Assembly (NCBI GenBank): GCA_965221125.1 | Contig: CBDCRW010000006.1 | Span: forward strand, 512,001 to 576,000 | Length of the DNA: 64,000 nt | Direction of reading: 5' to 3' | From: Alphaproteobacteria bacterium | GTDB taxonomy: Bacteria; Pseudomonadota; Alphaproteobacteria; UBA828 | Part shown: piece by piece, positions 1-8,574 of the stretch | How the letters are laid out: each line of letters opens with the position of its first letter | Position numbering within the stretch: position 1 is the first letter of the stretch | The notes under the pieces: model-generated | Databases searched by the model: none | Seen by the model: the letters and a program-made list of their open reading frames with translations, nothing else | Told to the model about the DNA's origin: nothing | Translations under genes and position numbers: made by a program

Positions 1-675
1 GATCTCGTGGGGCGTGCCCACCTGCCGGATCTCGCCCGCCGACATCACGGCGATGCGGTCCGACATCGTCAGCGCCTCCTCCTGGTCGTGGGTGACGAAG
101 ACGAAGGTGATGCCGGTGTCCTTCTGGATCTGCTTGAGCTCGATGCGCATGGCCTGGCGGAGCTTGAGGTCGAGCGCCGACAGCGGCTCGTCGAGCAGGA
201 GCACCTTGGGCCGGGGCGCCATGGCGCGGGCGAGTGCCACGCGCTGCTGCTGGCCGCCGGAGAGCTGTGCCGGCCTGCGCGCGGCGAGGTCGCCGAGCTT
301 CACCAGGTCGAGGATGCGCACCGTCTGGTCCTCGATGTCCGCCTTGCTCCAGCCGAGGCGGCGCATGCCGAAGGCCACGTTCTCCGCCACCGTCATGTGC
401 GGGAAGAGCGCGTAGTGCTGGAAGACCGTGTTGATCGGGCGCCGGTTGGGGGGCAGGTCGCCGAGATCCTCGCCGTAGAGGAGGATCTCGCCTTCGGTGA
501 TGTCCTCGAAGCCCGCGATGAGGCGGAGCAGCGTGGTCTTGCCGCAGCCGGAGGGGCCAAGCAGCGTGAAGAACTCGTTGTCGCGGATGGTGAGCGATGC
601 GCCGGCGAGCGCGGTCACCGGGCCGAACCGCTTGACGGCGTTGCGCACGTCGATGGCGATTGTCTGCTCGGTCAA
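1..675 (-). CDS. PotA-like polyamine ABC transporter ATP-binding subunit (5' part; runs off the window start)
   Basis: Translated by hand from TTG at 675 with a GGGAGAG RBS upstream: [18 protein letters not shown]...GPSGCGKTT (Walker A), [63 protein letters not shown]. Absent from the ORF track because there is no stop codon in the window. Confidence 0.88.
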   Translation of the reverse strand, partial: MTEQTIAIDVRNAVKRFGPVTALAGASLTIRDNEFFTLLGPSGCGKTTLLRLIAGFEDITEGEILLYGEDLGDLPPNRRPINTVFQHYALFPHMTVAENVAFGMRRLGWSKADIEDQTVRILDLVKLGDLAARRPAQLSGGQQQRVALARAMAPRPKVLLLDEPLSALDLKLRQAMRIELKQIQKDTGITFVFVTHDQEEALTMSDRIAVMSAGEIRQVGTPHEI

Positions 676-712
676 GACGCCTCTCCCGGCCCGCGGCGGA
701 TCGTGAACCCGG

Positions 713-1657
713 CTACGCCTGGACGACCGGAATCTCGGGCCCGGTCAGGGTCCTGATCGCGTAGTCGGGCTCGTCGACCCGCGCGAACCCGACCCTCTCC
801 AGCCAGTCGTCCGTCGAAAGCGCGAGGATATCCGTATCCTCCGCGATGTTCCTGAACGCGCCGGTGGGCAGCGTCACGTAGGGCGCGCAGGCGAGCGCAC
901 AGCCCACGTGGTTCTTCGGGATGTGCGACGCCTTCCAGCCGATGTAGATCTTCCGGTAGCGCGCCCCCTGGTTCTCGCCGCAGAGGTAGGCCGCATAGGC
1001 GATCCTGTTGAGCCTCGCGTCGAGCCTGTCCCGCACGGCGTCCTCCTCGTCCGCCGCATGAGACATGATCCCTGTGTCTTCCATGAAGAGGCACGCGTGG
1101 TTGTCTCTGTCCTCGGCGATGGCGAAGCCGAGCGCGCACCAGATCCACATGTTGCCGTCGGAGACCGCGCTCGTGCGGTATTTTTCGGCGCAGACGACCA
1201 TCGCGCCCTCCTGCGGCGGGAAGTGCCGGCTGTCGGCCACGCCGAAGAGTTGCCGCGTCGCGTCCCGCAGGGGAATGAGGGAGTAGATCGGAATGTTCTC
1301 GATCCGCCCGACCGGATAAGTCTTGCCGATGCGGGAATCGATCGCGAGGTCGTAGCCCCAGATGGCGCCGTTGACGCCGCTGAAGGACGACGCCTGCAGC
1401 ATGTTGACCTGGCCGATGTATGAATCGTTACACTCGGCGCGGTCGTAGGACACGATCTCGGCCATGCCCTGGTCCAGGTCTTCCTCGAAGGGAAAGCCGG
1501 GGAACTGCTCCAGGTTCACGCTGCCCGTGGACAGCAGGACGGTCGAGACGTAGGCCCCCGGCTGCCCGGTCGCGGTGGGCTCCAGGTAGCCGCCGCAAGC
1601 GCTTTCCGTCGTGTTCCGGCAATTCCGAACGATCTCTGCCAGGCGTGCGTCAGTCAT
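713..1657 (-). CDS. hdcA: Pyruvoyl-dependent histidine decarboxylase proenzyme (HdcA-like)
   Basis: IVSYDRAE...[13 protein letters not shown] (Ser90-Ser91 self-cleavage site), RHFPP, VCAEK, FMEDTG and APYVTLP match the Lactobacillus HdcA motifs [36 protein letters not shown] and APYVSLP (recalled, not aligned by software). Confidence 0.85.
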   Translation of the reverse strand: MTDARLAEIVRNCRNTTESACGGYLEPTATGQPGAYVSTVLLSTGSVNLEQFPGFPFEEDLDQGMAEIVSYDRAECNDSYIGQVNMLQASSFSGVNGAIWGYDLAIDSRIGKTYPVGRIENIPIYSLIPLRDATRQLFGVADSRHFPPQEGAMVVCAEKYRTSAVSDGNMWIWCALGFAIAEDRDNHACLFMEDTGIMSHAADEEDAVRDRLDARLNRIAYAAYLCGENQGARYRKIYIGWKASHIPKNHVGCALACAPYVTLPTGAFRNIAEDTDILALSTDDWLERVGFARVDEPDYAIRTLTGPEIPVVQA

Positions 1658-1669
1658 CGCGTGCTCCCA

Positions 1670-2440
1670 TCAGCCCGTGAATCCGAGCCGCCTGCCGAGG
1701 TCGGCCGCCGCTGCCGACAGCTTCTCCCTGATCCGCGTGCGCGCCACGGGACGGAAGCGGTCGGCGAGGCCGGTGATGCCGACGGAATAGAGGACGTAGC
1801 CGCCGTTCACGCGGATCGGGTGGCCGTAGCTGAGCACGCCGGCGTCGAGCTCGTTGTCGCAGACCGCCATGCCGTCGGCGCGAATCTGACCGAGCTCGTC
1901 GCGGATCTCCGCGTCGTCCACTCTGGTCTTCTCGGTGTAGCGCTCGCGCGGGCGCGCGAGATAGCGGGCGACGAACTCCTCGTCCTGAAACGCGAGGATC
2001 GCCTTGCCCGAGGCGGCCGCGTGCAGCGGCAGCTGCCGGCCCGGCTGCACGAAGGCGCGATCGGAGCCCGAAGGCTGCTCCATCAGCACGGACTCGGCGA
2101 AGTCGCCGTTGAGCCGGGCCAGATGCGCGGTCTCGCCGAACGCCGCCACCAGCTCGTCGAGAACCGGCTTGGCGAGCCCCGCATAGCCCGCGCGGTCCAT
2201 GCTCGCATGCAGGAGGGACTGCAGCCGGGGCCCGGTCACGTAGCTCTTGGTCCCGGGCGCACTCCGCAGCAGGTCGAGGTCCACGAGGCCCCGGATCAGG
2301 CGATGCACCGTCCCCGGTTGCAGCGCCAGCTCCCGCGCGATGTCCGTGAGCGTGAGCCCGGTGCGCGCGGCGGCCACCGTCTCGAGCACGCGGACGTAGC
2401 GCCCGAGTGGCTTGTCGTTGCTATCGGTGCTATCGGCCAT
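1670..2440 (-). CDS. IclR family transcriptional regulator
   Basis: N-terminal HTH (LTLTDIARELALQPGTVHRLIRGL), FGETAHL, LPLHAAASGKAILA, ELDAGV effector domain. Confidence 0.92.
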   Translation of the reverse strand: MADSTDSNDKPLGRYVRVLETVAAARTGLTLTDIARELALQPGTVHRLIRGLVDLDLLRSAPGTKSYVTGPRLQSLLHASMDRAGYAGLAKPVLDELVAAFGETAHLARLNGDFAESVLMEQPSGSDRAFVQPGRQLPLHAAASGKAILAFQDEEFVARYLARPRERYTEKTRVDDAEIRDELGQIRADGMAVCDNELDAGVLSYGHPIRVNGGYVLYSVGITGLADRFRPVARTRIREKLSAAAADLGRRLGFTG

Positions 2441-2460
2441 CGTTCAGGGCGCTCCCGCCG

Positions 2461-4785
2461 TCATCGCGCGGCGGCGTGCTGCTGCAAGGCGCGGACCACG
2501 CGCTCCGGCGTGATCGGCATCTCGAAGACGCGCACGCCGATGGCGTCGGCGACGGCGTTGGCGATGGCGGGGGCCACGGCGGTCATGGCCGGCTCGCCGA
2601 TGCCCTTGGCGCCGAAGGGCCCGACCCCGCTGCGGGATTCGAGGACGATGCACTCGACGTTCGGCATGTCCATCGCCGTCGGCATCAGGTACTCGCTGAA
2701 CGACGGCGTGACCAGGCGGCCTTCCTCGTAGAGCATCTCCTCGCTGAGCGCGTAGCCTTGCCCGTTCTGCGCGCCGCCCTGGATCTGGCCTTCCACGGCG
2801 GACGGGTTGATGCACTGGCCGACGTCGTGGGCGGCGACGCTCTTCAGCACCTCGACCTCGCCGGTCTCCACGTCGACCGAGACCTCGACCGCGTGGGCGC
2901 CATAGGCGTAGTCGGGGTGGGCCTGGCCCTGGCCGGTCTCGGGATCCAGGAAGTCGCCGAAGGGCGCGCGGAAGATCGCGAGTTCCGAGCGGTGGATGCC
3001 CTCGGCCGCGCAGATGCGCACCAGATCGACCAGCGGCATGGTCTTCTCCGGCCGGTCGATGACGAAGACCTCGTTGAAGGCCATGTCGATCTCGTCCGGG
3101 GAGACGCCGAATTCCTGCGCCGCGCGTTCGGCGAGGCGGGCGCGAAGGCCCTCGGCCGCCTGCTTGGCGGCGTTGCCGGTCATGTAGAGCGCGCGCGTCG
3201 CCGTGGTGGTGCCGGCGAGCGGGGTGACGGCGGAATCGCTGTTGTAGGTGACCACGTTGTCGAGGGTGACGCCGAGCACCTCCACCGCGATCTGGCCCAG
3301 CGCCGAAATCTGGCCGGCGCCGATGTCAGTGACGCCGGAGCGCACCACGACGGTGCCGTCCATCTCGACGCCGACCCAGGCTTCCGAGGTGTCGTGCAGG
3401 AAGGTGAGGCGGCCGTAGCTCTGCTGATAGCAGGCGAGGCCGCGGCCGGTGCGGATCGGCCCCTCGGCTGGGGTGGGCGCGCCGAGGGCGGCCCAGGCCT
3501 GCTCCGCGCACTGCTCGGTCCAGATCGCGCTCGGCGGCACGAAGCCGGTGGACATGGGCTCGCCGGTCTTGAGGAAGTTGCGCCGGCGCACCTCCATCCG
3601 GTCGAGGCCGAGCGCGTTCGCGATCTCGTCCATCTGCTGCTCGTAGGCCGCGCAGGCCTGCAGCGCGCCGAAGCCGCGGAAGGCACTCGTGTACATGTTG
3701 TTGGTGGCGACGGCCTGGGCGAAGACGTTGAGGTTGTCGACACGGTAGGGGCCGGGGGCCGCGACCAGCGCGTAGAGGATGACGTAGGGGCTGAGGAAGA
3801 CGTAGGCGCCGGCGTCGGCGATCATCTTCACTTCGAGGGCTGTGATCTTGCCGTCCTTCGTGACGCCGGTGCGGTAGGTGAGGATGAACGGGTGGCGCTT
3901 GCCGTGGCCGACGAAGGAATCCTCGCGCGAGTATTCCAGCCGCACCGGCCGGCCGGTGTGCTTGGCCAGCAGCGCGAGGTAGACCTCGACGGTCAGGTCC
4001 TCCTTGCCGCCGAAGCCGCCGCCCACCAGCGCGCCCCGCACGCGGACCTTGTTGTGGGGCACGCCGATGGCGTCGGCGATGGGCCGAAAATGCTCGATCA
4101 CCTGGGTCGAGACGCGGATGTTCACCACGTCGTTCTCGTCCACCCAGGCGAGGCCCACCTCCGGCTCGAGGAAGGCGTGCTCCTGGAACGGGGTCTTGTA
4201 GGTGTGCTCGACGATCAGGTCGGCCACGCCGAAGCCGGCCTCGGCGTCGCCCTTCCTGATCCTGCGCTCGGCGACGATATTGTCCGAGCCGTAGACCAGA
4301 GGCGCGCCGGGCTTCAGCGCCTCCAGCGGGTCGTAGACGCCGGGGATCGGCTCCAGCTCGAACTCGATCAGCTCGGCCGCGTGGTCGGCGATGTCGCGGG
4401 TCTCGGCGGCGATCAGGGCCAGCGGCTCGCCGAAGTAGCGGACCCGGTCCTTCACCAGGATCGGCTGGTCGGTATCCAGCCTCTTGCGTCCGGTCTGGCC
4501 GGGGATGTCGGTGGCCGATGTGCGATCGGTGATGTCGGCGGCGGTCAGCACGCAGGCCACGCCCTTGAGCGCGCGCGCCCTGGAGACATCAAGGCGCACC
4601 AGACGGGCGCTCGCGATGTCGGCGCGGAGCACGCGCATGTGCAGCATGTTCGGCATCACGTAGTCGCCGGCATAGGGCGTGCGCCCCGTGACCTTGCCCG
4701 GCGCGTCGGTGCGGGTGAGCGGCTTGCCGATTTGCCGGTACTGGACGTTGGCCAGCGCGCCCGGATCGGTGTCGGTGTAGGTCAT
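2461..4785 (-). CDS. Xanthine dehydrogenase-family molybdopterin-binding large subunit
   Basis: Start moved to ATG 4785 (ATGA overlap with the upstream gene). Motifs KVTG..YAGD, QEHAFLEP, VGGGFGGK, SAFRGFG, AVEGQIQGG, GAKGIGEP. Confidence 0.92.
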   Translation of the reverse strand: MTYTDTDPGALANVQYRQIGKPLTRTDAPGKVTGRTPYAGDYVMPNMLHMRVLRADIASARLVRLDVSRARALKGVACVLTAADITDRTSATDIPGQTGRKRLDTDQPILVKDRVRYFGEPLALIAAETRDIADHAAELIEFELEPIPGVYDPLEALKPGAPLVYGSDNIVAERRIRKGDAEAGFGVADLIVEHTYKTPFQEHAFLEPEVGLAWVDENDVVNIRVSTQVIEHFRPIADAIGVPHNKVRVRGALVGGGFGGKEDLTVEVYLALLAKHTGRPVRLEYSREDSFVGHGKRHPFILTYRTGVTKDGKITALEVKMIADAGAYVFLSPYVILYALVAAPGPYRVDNLNVFAQAVATNNMYTSAFRGFGALQACAAYEQQMDEIANALGLDRMEVRRRNFLKTGEPMSTGFVPPSAIWTEQCAEQAWAALGAPTPAEGPIRTGRGLACYQQSYGRLTFLHDTSEAWVGVEMDGTVVVRSGVTDIGAGQISALGQIAVEVLGVTLDNVVTYNSDSAVTPLAGTTTATRALYMTGNAAKQAAEGLRARLAERAAQEFGVSPDEIDMAFNEVFVIDRPEKTMPLVDLVRICAAEGIHRSELAIFRAPFGDFLDPETGQGQAHPDYAYGAHAVEVSVDVETGEVEVLKSVAAHDVGQCINPSAVEGQIQGGAQNGQGYALSEEMLYEEGRLVTPSFSEYLMPTAMDMPNVECIVLESRSGVGPFGAKGIGEPAMTAVAPAIANAVADAIGVRVFEMPITPERVVRALQQHAAAR

Positions 4786-5270
4786 GGTGCGCCTCCTCCG
4801 GCGCGCATGTCGCCGGCGGCGTCGGCGATTGCCTCGAAGATCTTGGTGTAGCCGGTGCAGCGGCAGAGATTGCCGCTCAGCCCCAAGCGAATGTCGTCCT
4901 CGCTTGGCTGCGGATGCTCGTCGATGATCGCCTTGGCCGCGATGATGATGCCGGGAATGCAGTAGCCGCACTGCGCGGCGCCGCCGTCGGCAAACGCTTT
5001 CTGCAGGGGATGCGGCGAATCCAGGTCGCCGAGGCCGGAGACGGTGGTGACCTCCTTGCCCGCCGCCATCCAGGCAAGGGTCAGGCAGCTGTCCACGGCC
5101 ATGCCGTCCAGCAGCACGGCGCAGGCGCCGCAGTCGCCCTTCTCGCAGCCGCACTTCACCTCCATGTGGCCGAGCTGGCGCAGCGCCTCCAGCAGCGTGC
5201 GGTGGGCGGGGAAGCGGCCTTCCTCCTCGCGGCCGTTGATGCGGAGCGTGATGGTTCTCGTCTCAGGCAT
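4782..5270 (-). CDS. Molybdoenzyme 2x[2Fe-2S] small subunit (CoxS/XdhC type)
   Basis: KCGCEKGDCGACAV..DSC, QCGYCIPG and GNLCRCTGY. ATG 5270 follows a GGAG RBS; GTG 5279 is an alternative start. Confidence 0.93.
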   Translation of the reverse strand: MPETRTITLRINGREEEGRFPAHRTLLEALRQLGHMEVKCGCEKGDCGACAVLLDGMAVDSCLTLAWMAAGKEVTTVSGLGDLDSPHPLQKAFADGGAAQCGYCIPGIIIAAKAIIDEHPQPSEDDIRLGLSGNLCRCTGYTKIFEAIADAAGDMRAGGGAP

Positions 5271-6150
5271 GGGCGTCACTCCCTCGGGCCAGGCGGTTCC
5301 ACGCTTGCGTGACCAGGCGCCGGGTCAGGGCTTCCACCGTGTGGCGGCGGTAGCCGGCGGAGGCGCGGATGTCGTCGATGGGGCTGCATGTCTCCGCCGC
5401 CGCCGCCGCCGCCTCGTCGATGAGCGCGGGCGTGAGCGTCCGGCCCTCCAGCATCGCTTCCGCCTCCTTCACGCGGCGGACGTAGGGCGCGACGGAGGCA
5501 AGCGCGATCCGCGCCCTGGTGCAGGTGCCGTCCGCCACCGAGAGCGCCACCGCCACGCCGGTGACGGTGATCGCGTCGCCCTTGCGGCGCGCGAGCTTGT
5601 AGAAGGTGTCGGTGGAGTTCTCCGGCTGCTGCGGCCATGAGATGCGGGTGATCAGCTCGTCCGGCCGGCGCGCGTCCTCCTTGTAGCCGAGGTAGTAGTC
5701 GTCGAGCGCCAGCGTGCGCGTGCCGGACGCGCTGGCCAGCTCCAGCTCGGCGTCGAGCACGAGCAGCGGCGGCACGAGGTCGGCCGCCGGCGAGCCGCTG
5801 GCGATGTTGCCGGCGACCGTGCCCGTATTGCGCACCATCAGGCCGCCGAAGAGGCGCGCGGCGTCGATCAGCGACGGCGCCTCGCGCGCGATCTCGGGCG
5901 AGCGCAGCAGGTCGCTCACCGTGGTGCGGCTGCCGATGGCGATGCGCTCAGGACCGAAGGCCATGCCGAGCAGCGCGTCGACCTCGCCGAGGCCCACCAT
6001 CCGGTCGGGCCGCTCGCGCTTCGCGCGGATGTCGACGATGAGGTTCGTGCCGCCCGCGATGGGGAGCACGGTCTCGCCGGCCCCGTTCGCGAGCGCCGCC
6101 AGGGCGCCATCCAGGTCCGTCGGGATATCCAGTTCGAAGGGCGCGTACAT
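5263..6150 (-). CDS. Molybdoenzyme FAD-binding medium subunit (CoxM/XdhB type)
   Basis: AGGTNL, VRNTGTVAGNI, SPAADL, PIDDIRASAGYRR. No Cys-rich [4Fe-4S] insert. Confidence 0.92.
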   Translation of the reverse strand: MYAPFELDIPTDLDGALAALANGAGETVLPIAGGTNLIVDIRAKRERPDRMVGLGEVDALLGMAFGPERIAIGSRTTVSDLLRSPEIAREAPSLIDAARLFGGLMVRNTGTVAGNIASGSPAADLVPPLLVLDAELELASASGTRTLALDDYYLGYKEDARRPDELITRISWPQQPENSTDTFYKLARRKGDAITVTGVAVALSVADGTCTRARIALASVAPYVRRVKEAEAMLEGRTLTPALIDEAAAAAAETCSPIDDIRASAGYRRHTVEALTRRLVTQAWNRLARGSDAHA

Positions 6151-6178
6151 ATCGCGATGTCTCCCGTCTCTGCCCGCG

Positions 6179-6961
6179 CTACACGTCCCAGCCGCCGTCG
6201 ACGGTGATGGCCTGGCCGGTGATCTGGCGGCTCTCCTCGCTCGCCATGAACAGCACGGCGTCGGCCACGTCCTGGCAGGTGGTGACGCGCTTCAAGCACA
6301 TCTCCTGAACGTACTCGTCGTACACCTCGTCGATGGTCCAGCCGCGCACGCGGGCCTTCTCCTCGCAGAGCTTCTGCATGCGGGGCGTCTCGACGATGCC
6401 GGGGCAGACCGCGTTGACGTTGACGTTGTACTTGCCGACCTCGAGCGCCACCGTGCGCGTGATCCCGCGCACCGCCCACTTGGACGCGCTGTAGGCGGTG
6501 CGCATGGCGTAGCCGCGCAGGCCCGACGTGCCGCCGATGTTGACGATCTTGCCGCTCCGCTGCGCGATCATGGTCGGCACCACGTACTTGATGGGCAGGA
6601 AGGTGCCGATCTCGTTGTTTCGGATGACGTAGTCGAAGTCGGCCACGTCGATGTCCTGCACAGGCGTCTCGATGGGGCCGGTGACGCCCGCGATGTTGAC
6701 CAGGATGTCGATGCGCCCGTCGAAGACCGCGCGCGCCTGCTCGACCATCGCCTTGACCTGCCCATCGTCGGTGACGTCGCAGCCCACGACATGGGCCGCC
6801 CGCCCCAGCGCACGCACGTCCGCCGCGACCGGGGCGAGCGCGTCCGTATCCCGCGCGGTCAGCACGACGTCCGCGCCCTCGCGCGCGAGCGTGGTCGTGA
6901 TCGCCGCGCCCATGCCCTTCGCCGCGCCGGTGACGATCGCCTTCTTGCCATCCACTCTCAC
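6179..6961 (-). CDS. Short-chain dehydrogenase/reductase (SDR)
   Basis: GTG start overlapping the upstream stop; TGAAKGMG, NIAG, YSASK, VNAVCPG, ITVDGG. The 973-aa ORF in the track is over-extended at its 5' end. Confidence 0.92.
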   Translation of the reverse strand: MRVDGKKAIVTGAAKGMGAAITTTLAREGADVVLTARDTDALAPVAADVRALGRAAHVVGCDVTDDGQVKAMVEQARAVFDGRIDILVNIAGVTGPIETPVQDIDVADFDYVIRNNEIGTFLPIKYVVPTMIAQRSGKIVNIGGTSGLRGYAMRTAYSASKWAVRGITRTVALEVGKYNVNVNAVCPGIVETPRMQKLCEEKARVRGWTIDEVYDEYVQEMCLKRVTTCQDVADAVLFMASEESRQITGQAITVDGGWDV

Positions 6962-8574
6962 TGCATCGTTCCCTTGCTTGTTTGGCTCGTTGTCGCGGGC
7001 TCTCCGTAGCCGCCGCCGCCGCAGCTCTCGACGATCACCACGTCGTCCCTGCCGAGCCGCAGGTTGGCCTTGCCCGGCATGTCCTCGCGGCGGCCGTCGG
7101 CATGCGCGACGGTGACCCGGAAGGGCGCGCCGTCCTCGCCGCCCTGCAGGCCGTAGGGCGGCACCACGCGGCGCTCGAACATCGAGGTGACCGACATCTC
7201 GTCGGCGAGCACGCGGTATTCGCGGTGCAGGCCCTCGCCGCCCCGCCGGCGGCCGGCGCCGCCGGAGTCCGCGCGCAGGCGCTGGCACTCGATGCGGATG
7301 GGGAACTCGGCCTCCACCACCTCGGCCGGCGTGTTCATCACGTTGGACATGTGAACGCGCACCACCGGCGCGCCGTCGCGGTCGTGGCGTGCACCTTCGC
7401 CGCCGCCGTGGACCTCGTAGAGCGTGGTCCAGGCGCCGTCCGCGCGCCTTCCGCCGAAGAGCACGAGGCCGGACGTGGTCGGCCCGCCGGCGGAAATGCG
7501 CTCCGGCCCCACGGCCTCGAAGGCGCGGAACACGGCGTCGGCAATCCGCTGCGAGGTCTCGTGGTTGCCGCCCACCACGGGGCTTTCTGCAGACGGATCG
7601 AGCAGGGAGCCGGGGCGCGTCACGATCTCCAGCGGGCGGTAGCAGCCGCCGCTCGGCTGGATGTCGGGCCCGAACAGGGTCTTGACCACGTAGAAGACCG
7701 AGGCCGCGGCGATGAAGGGGGTGGTGTTCACGGGGCCCCGCGCGGCGTCCTCGGTCGCGGAGAAGTCGAAGCGCGCGCCGTCGCCGGCGATGGTGACGCG
7801 CACGCGCACGGCGACCGGCCCGCCGCCGCCGGCATCGTCGTCGAGCCAGTCCTCGCCCTCGTAGGTGCCGTCCGGAACGGCGGCGAGCGCCGCCCGCATT
7901 TGCGCCTCGGCCCGGTCGTGGATCGCGGCGACGGCGGCCAGCACCGTTTCCCGCCCGTGCTCGGCGCAGATGTGGTGGATGCGCTCCTCGGCGGCGCGGC
8001 TGGCCGCGACCTGCGCCAGGATGTCGCCCTCGCGCTCGTCCGCGCCCCGCACGTTGGCGCAGACCATGTCCAGCTTCTCGCGGTCGGGGCCGGAGGCGGT
8101 GAAGAGGCGGAAGGGCGGGATGCGCAGGCCCTCCTGCCAGGCGTCGGTGGCGCCGGCCACATAGCTGCCGGGCACCGCGCCGCCGATATCCGCCCAGTGG
8201 GCGAGGCTCGCGGCGAAGGCCACGATCCGGTCGTCCACGAAGATCGGGCGGATCGCTTTCACGTCCGGCAGGTGGTTGCCGCCCACCTCCGGCAGGTTCA
8301 GGAACCAGACGTCGCCGGGCTCCAGGCGGTCCCTGGGCACGCGCTTCAGGAACTCGCGGACGGTGAAGCTCATGACCCCCATGTGCATGGGGATGTCGCG
8401 GCCCTGGGCGATGAGGTGGCCGTCGGCATCGGTGAGCGCCGAGGAAAGATCGCCGGCCTCGCGCAGGAGCGGCGAGCGGGCCGAGCGCATGACCACGAGC
8501 GACATTTCCTCCGCCGTCGCCGTCAGCGCGTGGCGGATGACCTCCAGGGTGATCGGGTCGACGGTGCGGCTCAT
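6958..8574 (-). CDS. Hydantoinase B / 5-oxoprolinase family subunit
   Basis: DPITLEVI, RSARSPLLRE..DLS, GGNHLPD, AHWADIGG, NTPAEVVE, DSGGAG, CGGGGYG. ATG 8574 overlaps the upstream stop. Confidence 0.92.
   Translation of the reverse strand: MSRTVDPITLEVIRHALTATAEEMSLVVMRSARSPLLREAGDLSSALTDADGHLIAQGRDIPMHMGVMSFTVREFLKRVPRDRLEPGDVWFLNLPEVGGNHLPDVKAIRPIFVDDRIVAFAASLAHWADIGGAVPGSYVAGATDAWQEGLRIPPFRLFTASGPDREKLDMVCANVRGADEREGDILAQVAASRAAEERIHHICAEHGRETVLAAVAAIHDRAEAQMRAALAAVPDGTYEGEDWLDDDAGGGGPVAVRVRVTIAGDGARFDFSATEDAARGPVNTTPFIAAASVFYVVKTLFGPDIQPSGGCYRPLEIVTRPGSLLDPSAESPVVGGNHETSQRIADAVFRAFEAVGPERISAGGPTTSGLVLFGGRRADGAWTTLYEVHGGGEGARHDRDGAPVVRVHMSNVMNTPAEVVEAEFPIRIECQRLRADSGGAGRRRGGEGLHREYRVLADEMSVTSMFERRVVPPYGLQGGEDGAPFRVTVAHADGRREDMPGKANLRLGRDDVVIVESCGGGGYGEPATTSQTSKGTMQ

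Noticed and set aside
2407-4851. Long antisense or alternative-frame ORFs (2407-4851 +, 22189-24219 +, 26425-28281 +, 35004-36980 -, 39773-41584 -, 45813-47702 - and others)
   Set aside because: They shadow well-supported genes, have no recognisable motifs, and are expected from stop-codon scarcity and codon bias at high GC.
2461-6150. Aerobic CO dehydrogenase or 4-hydroxybenzoyl-CoA reductase
   Set aside because: The large subunit has AFRGFG, not the form I CODH AYxCSFR motif. The FAD subunit lacks the [4Fe-4S] insert of HcrB.
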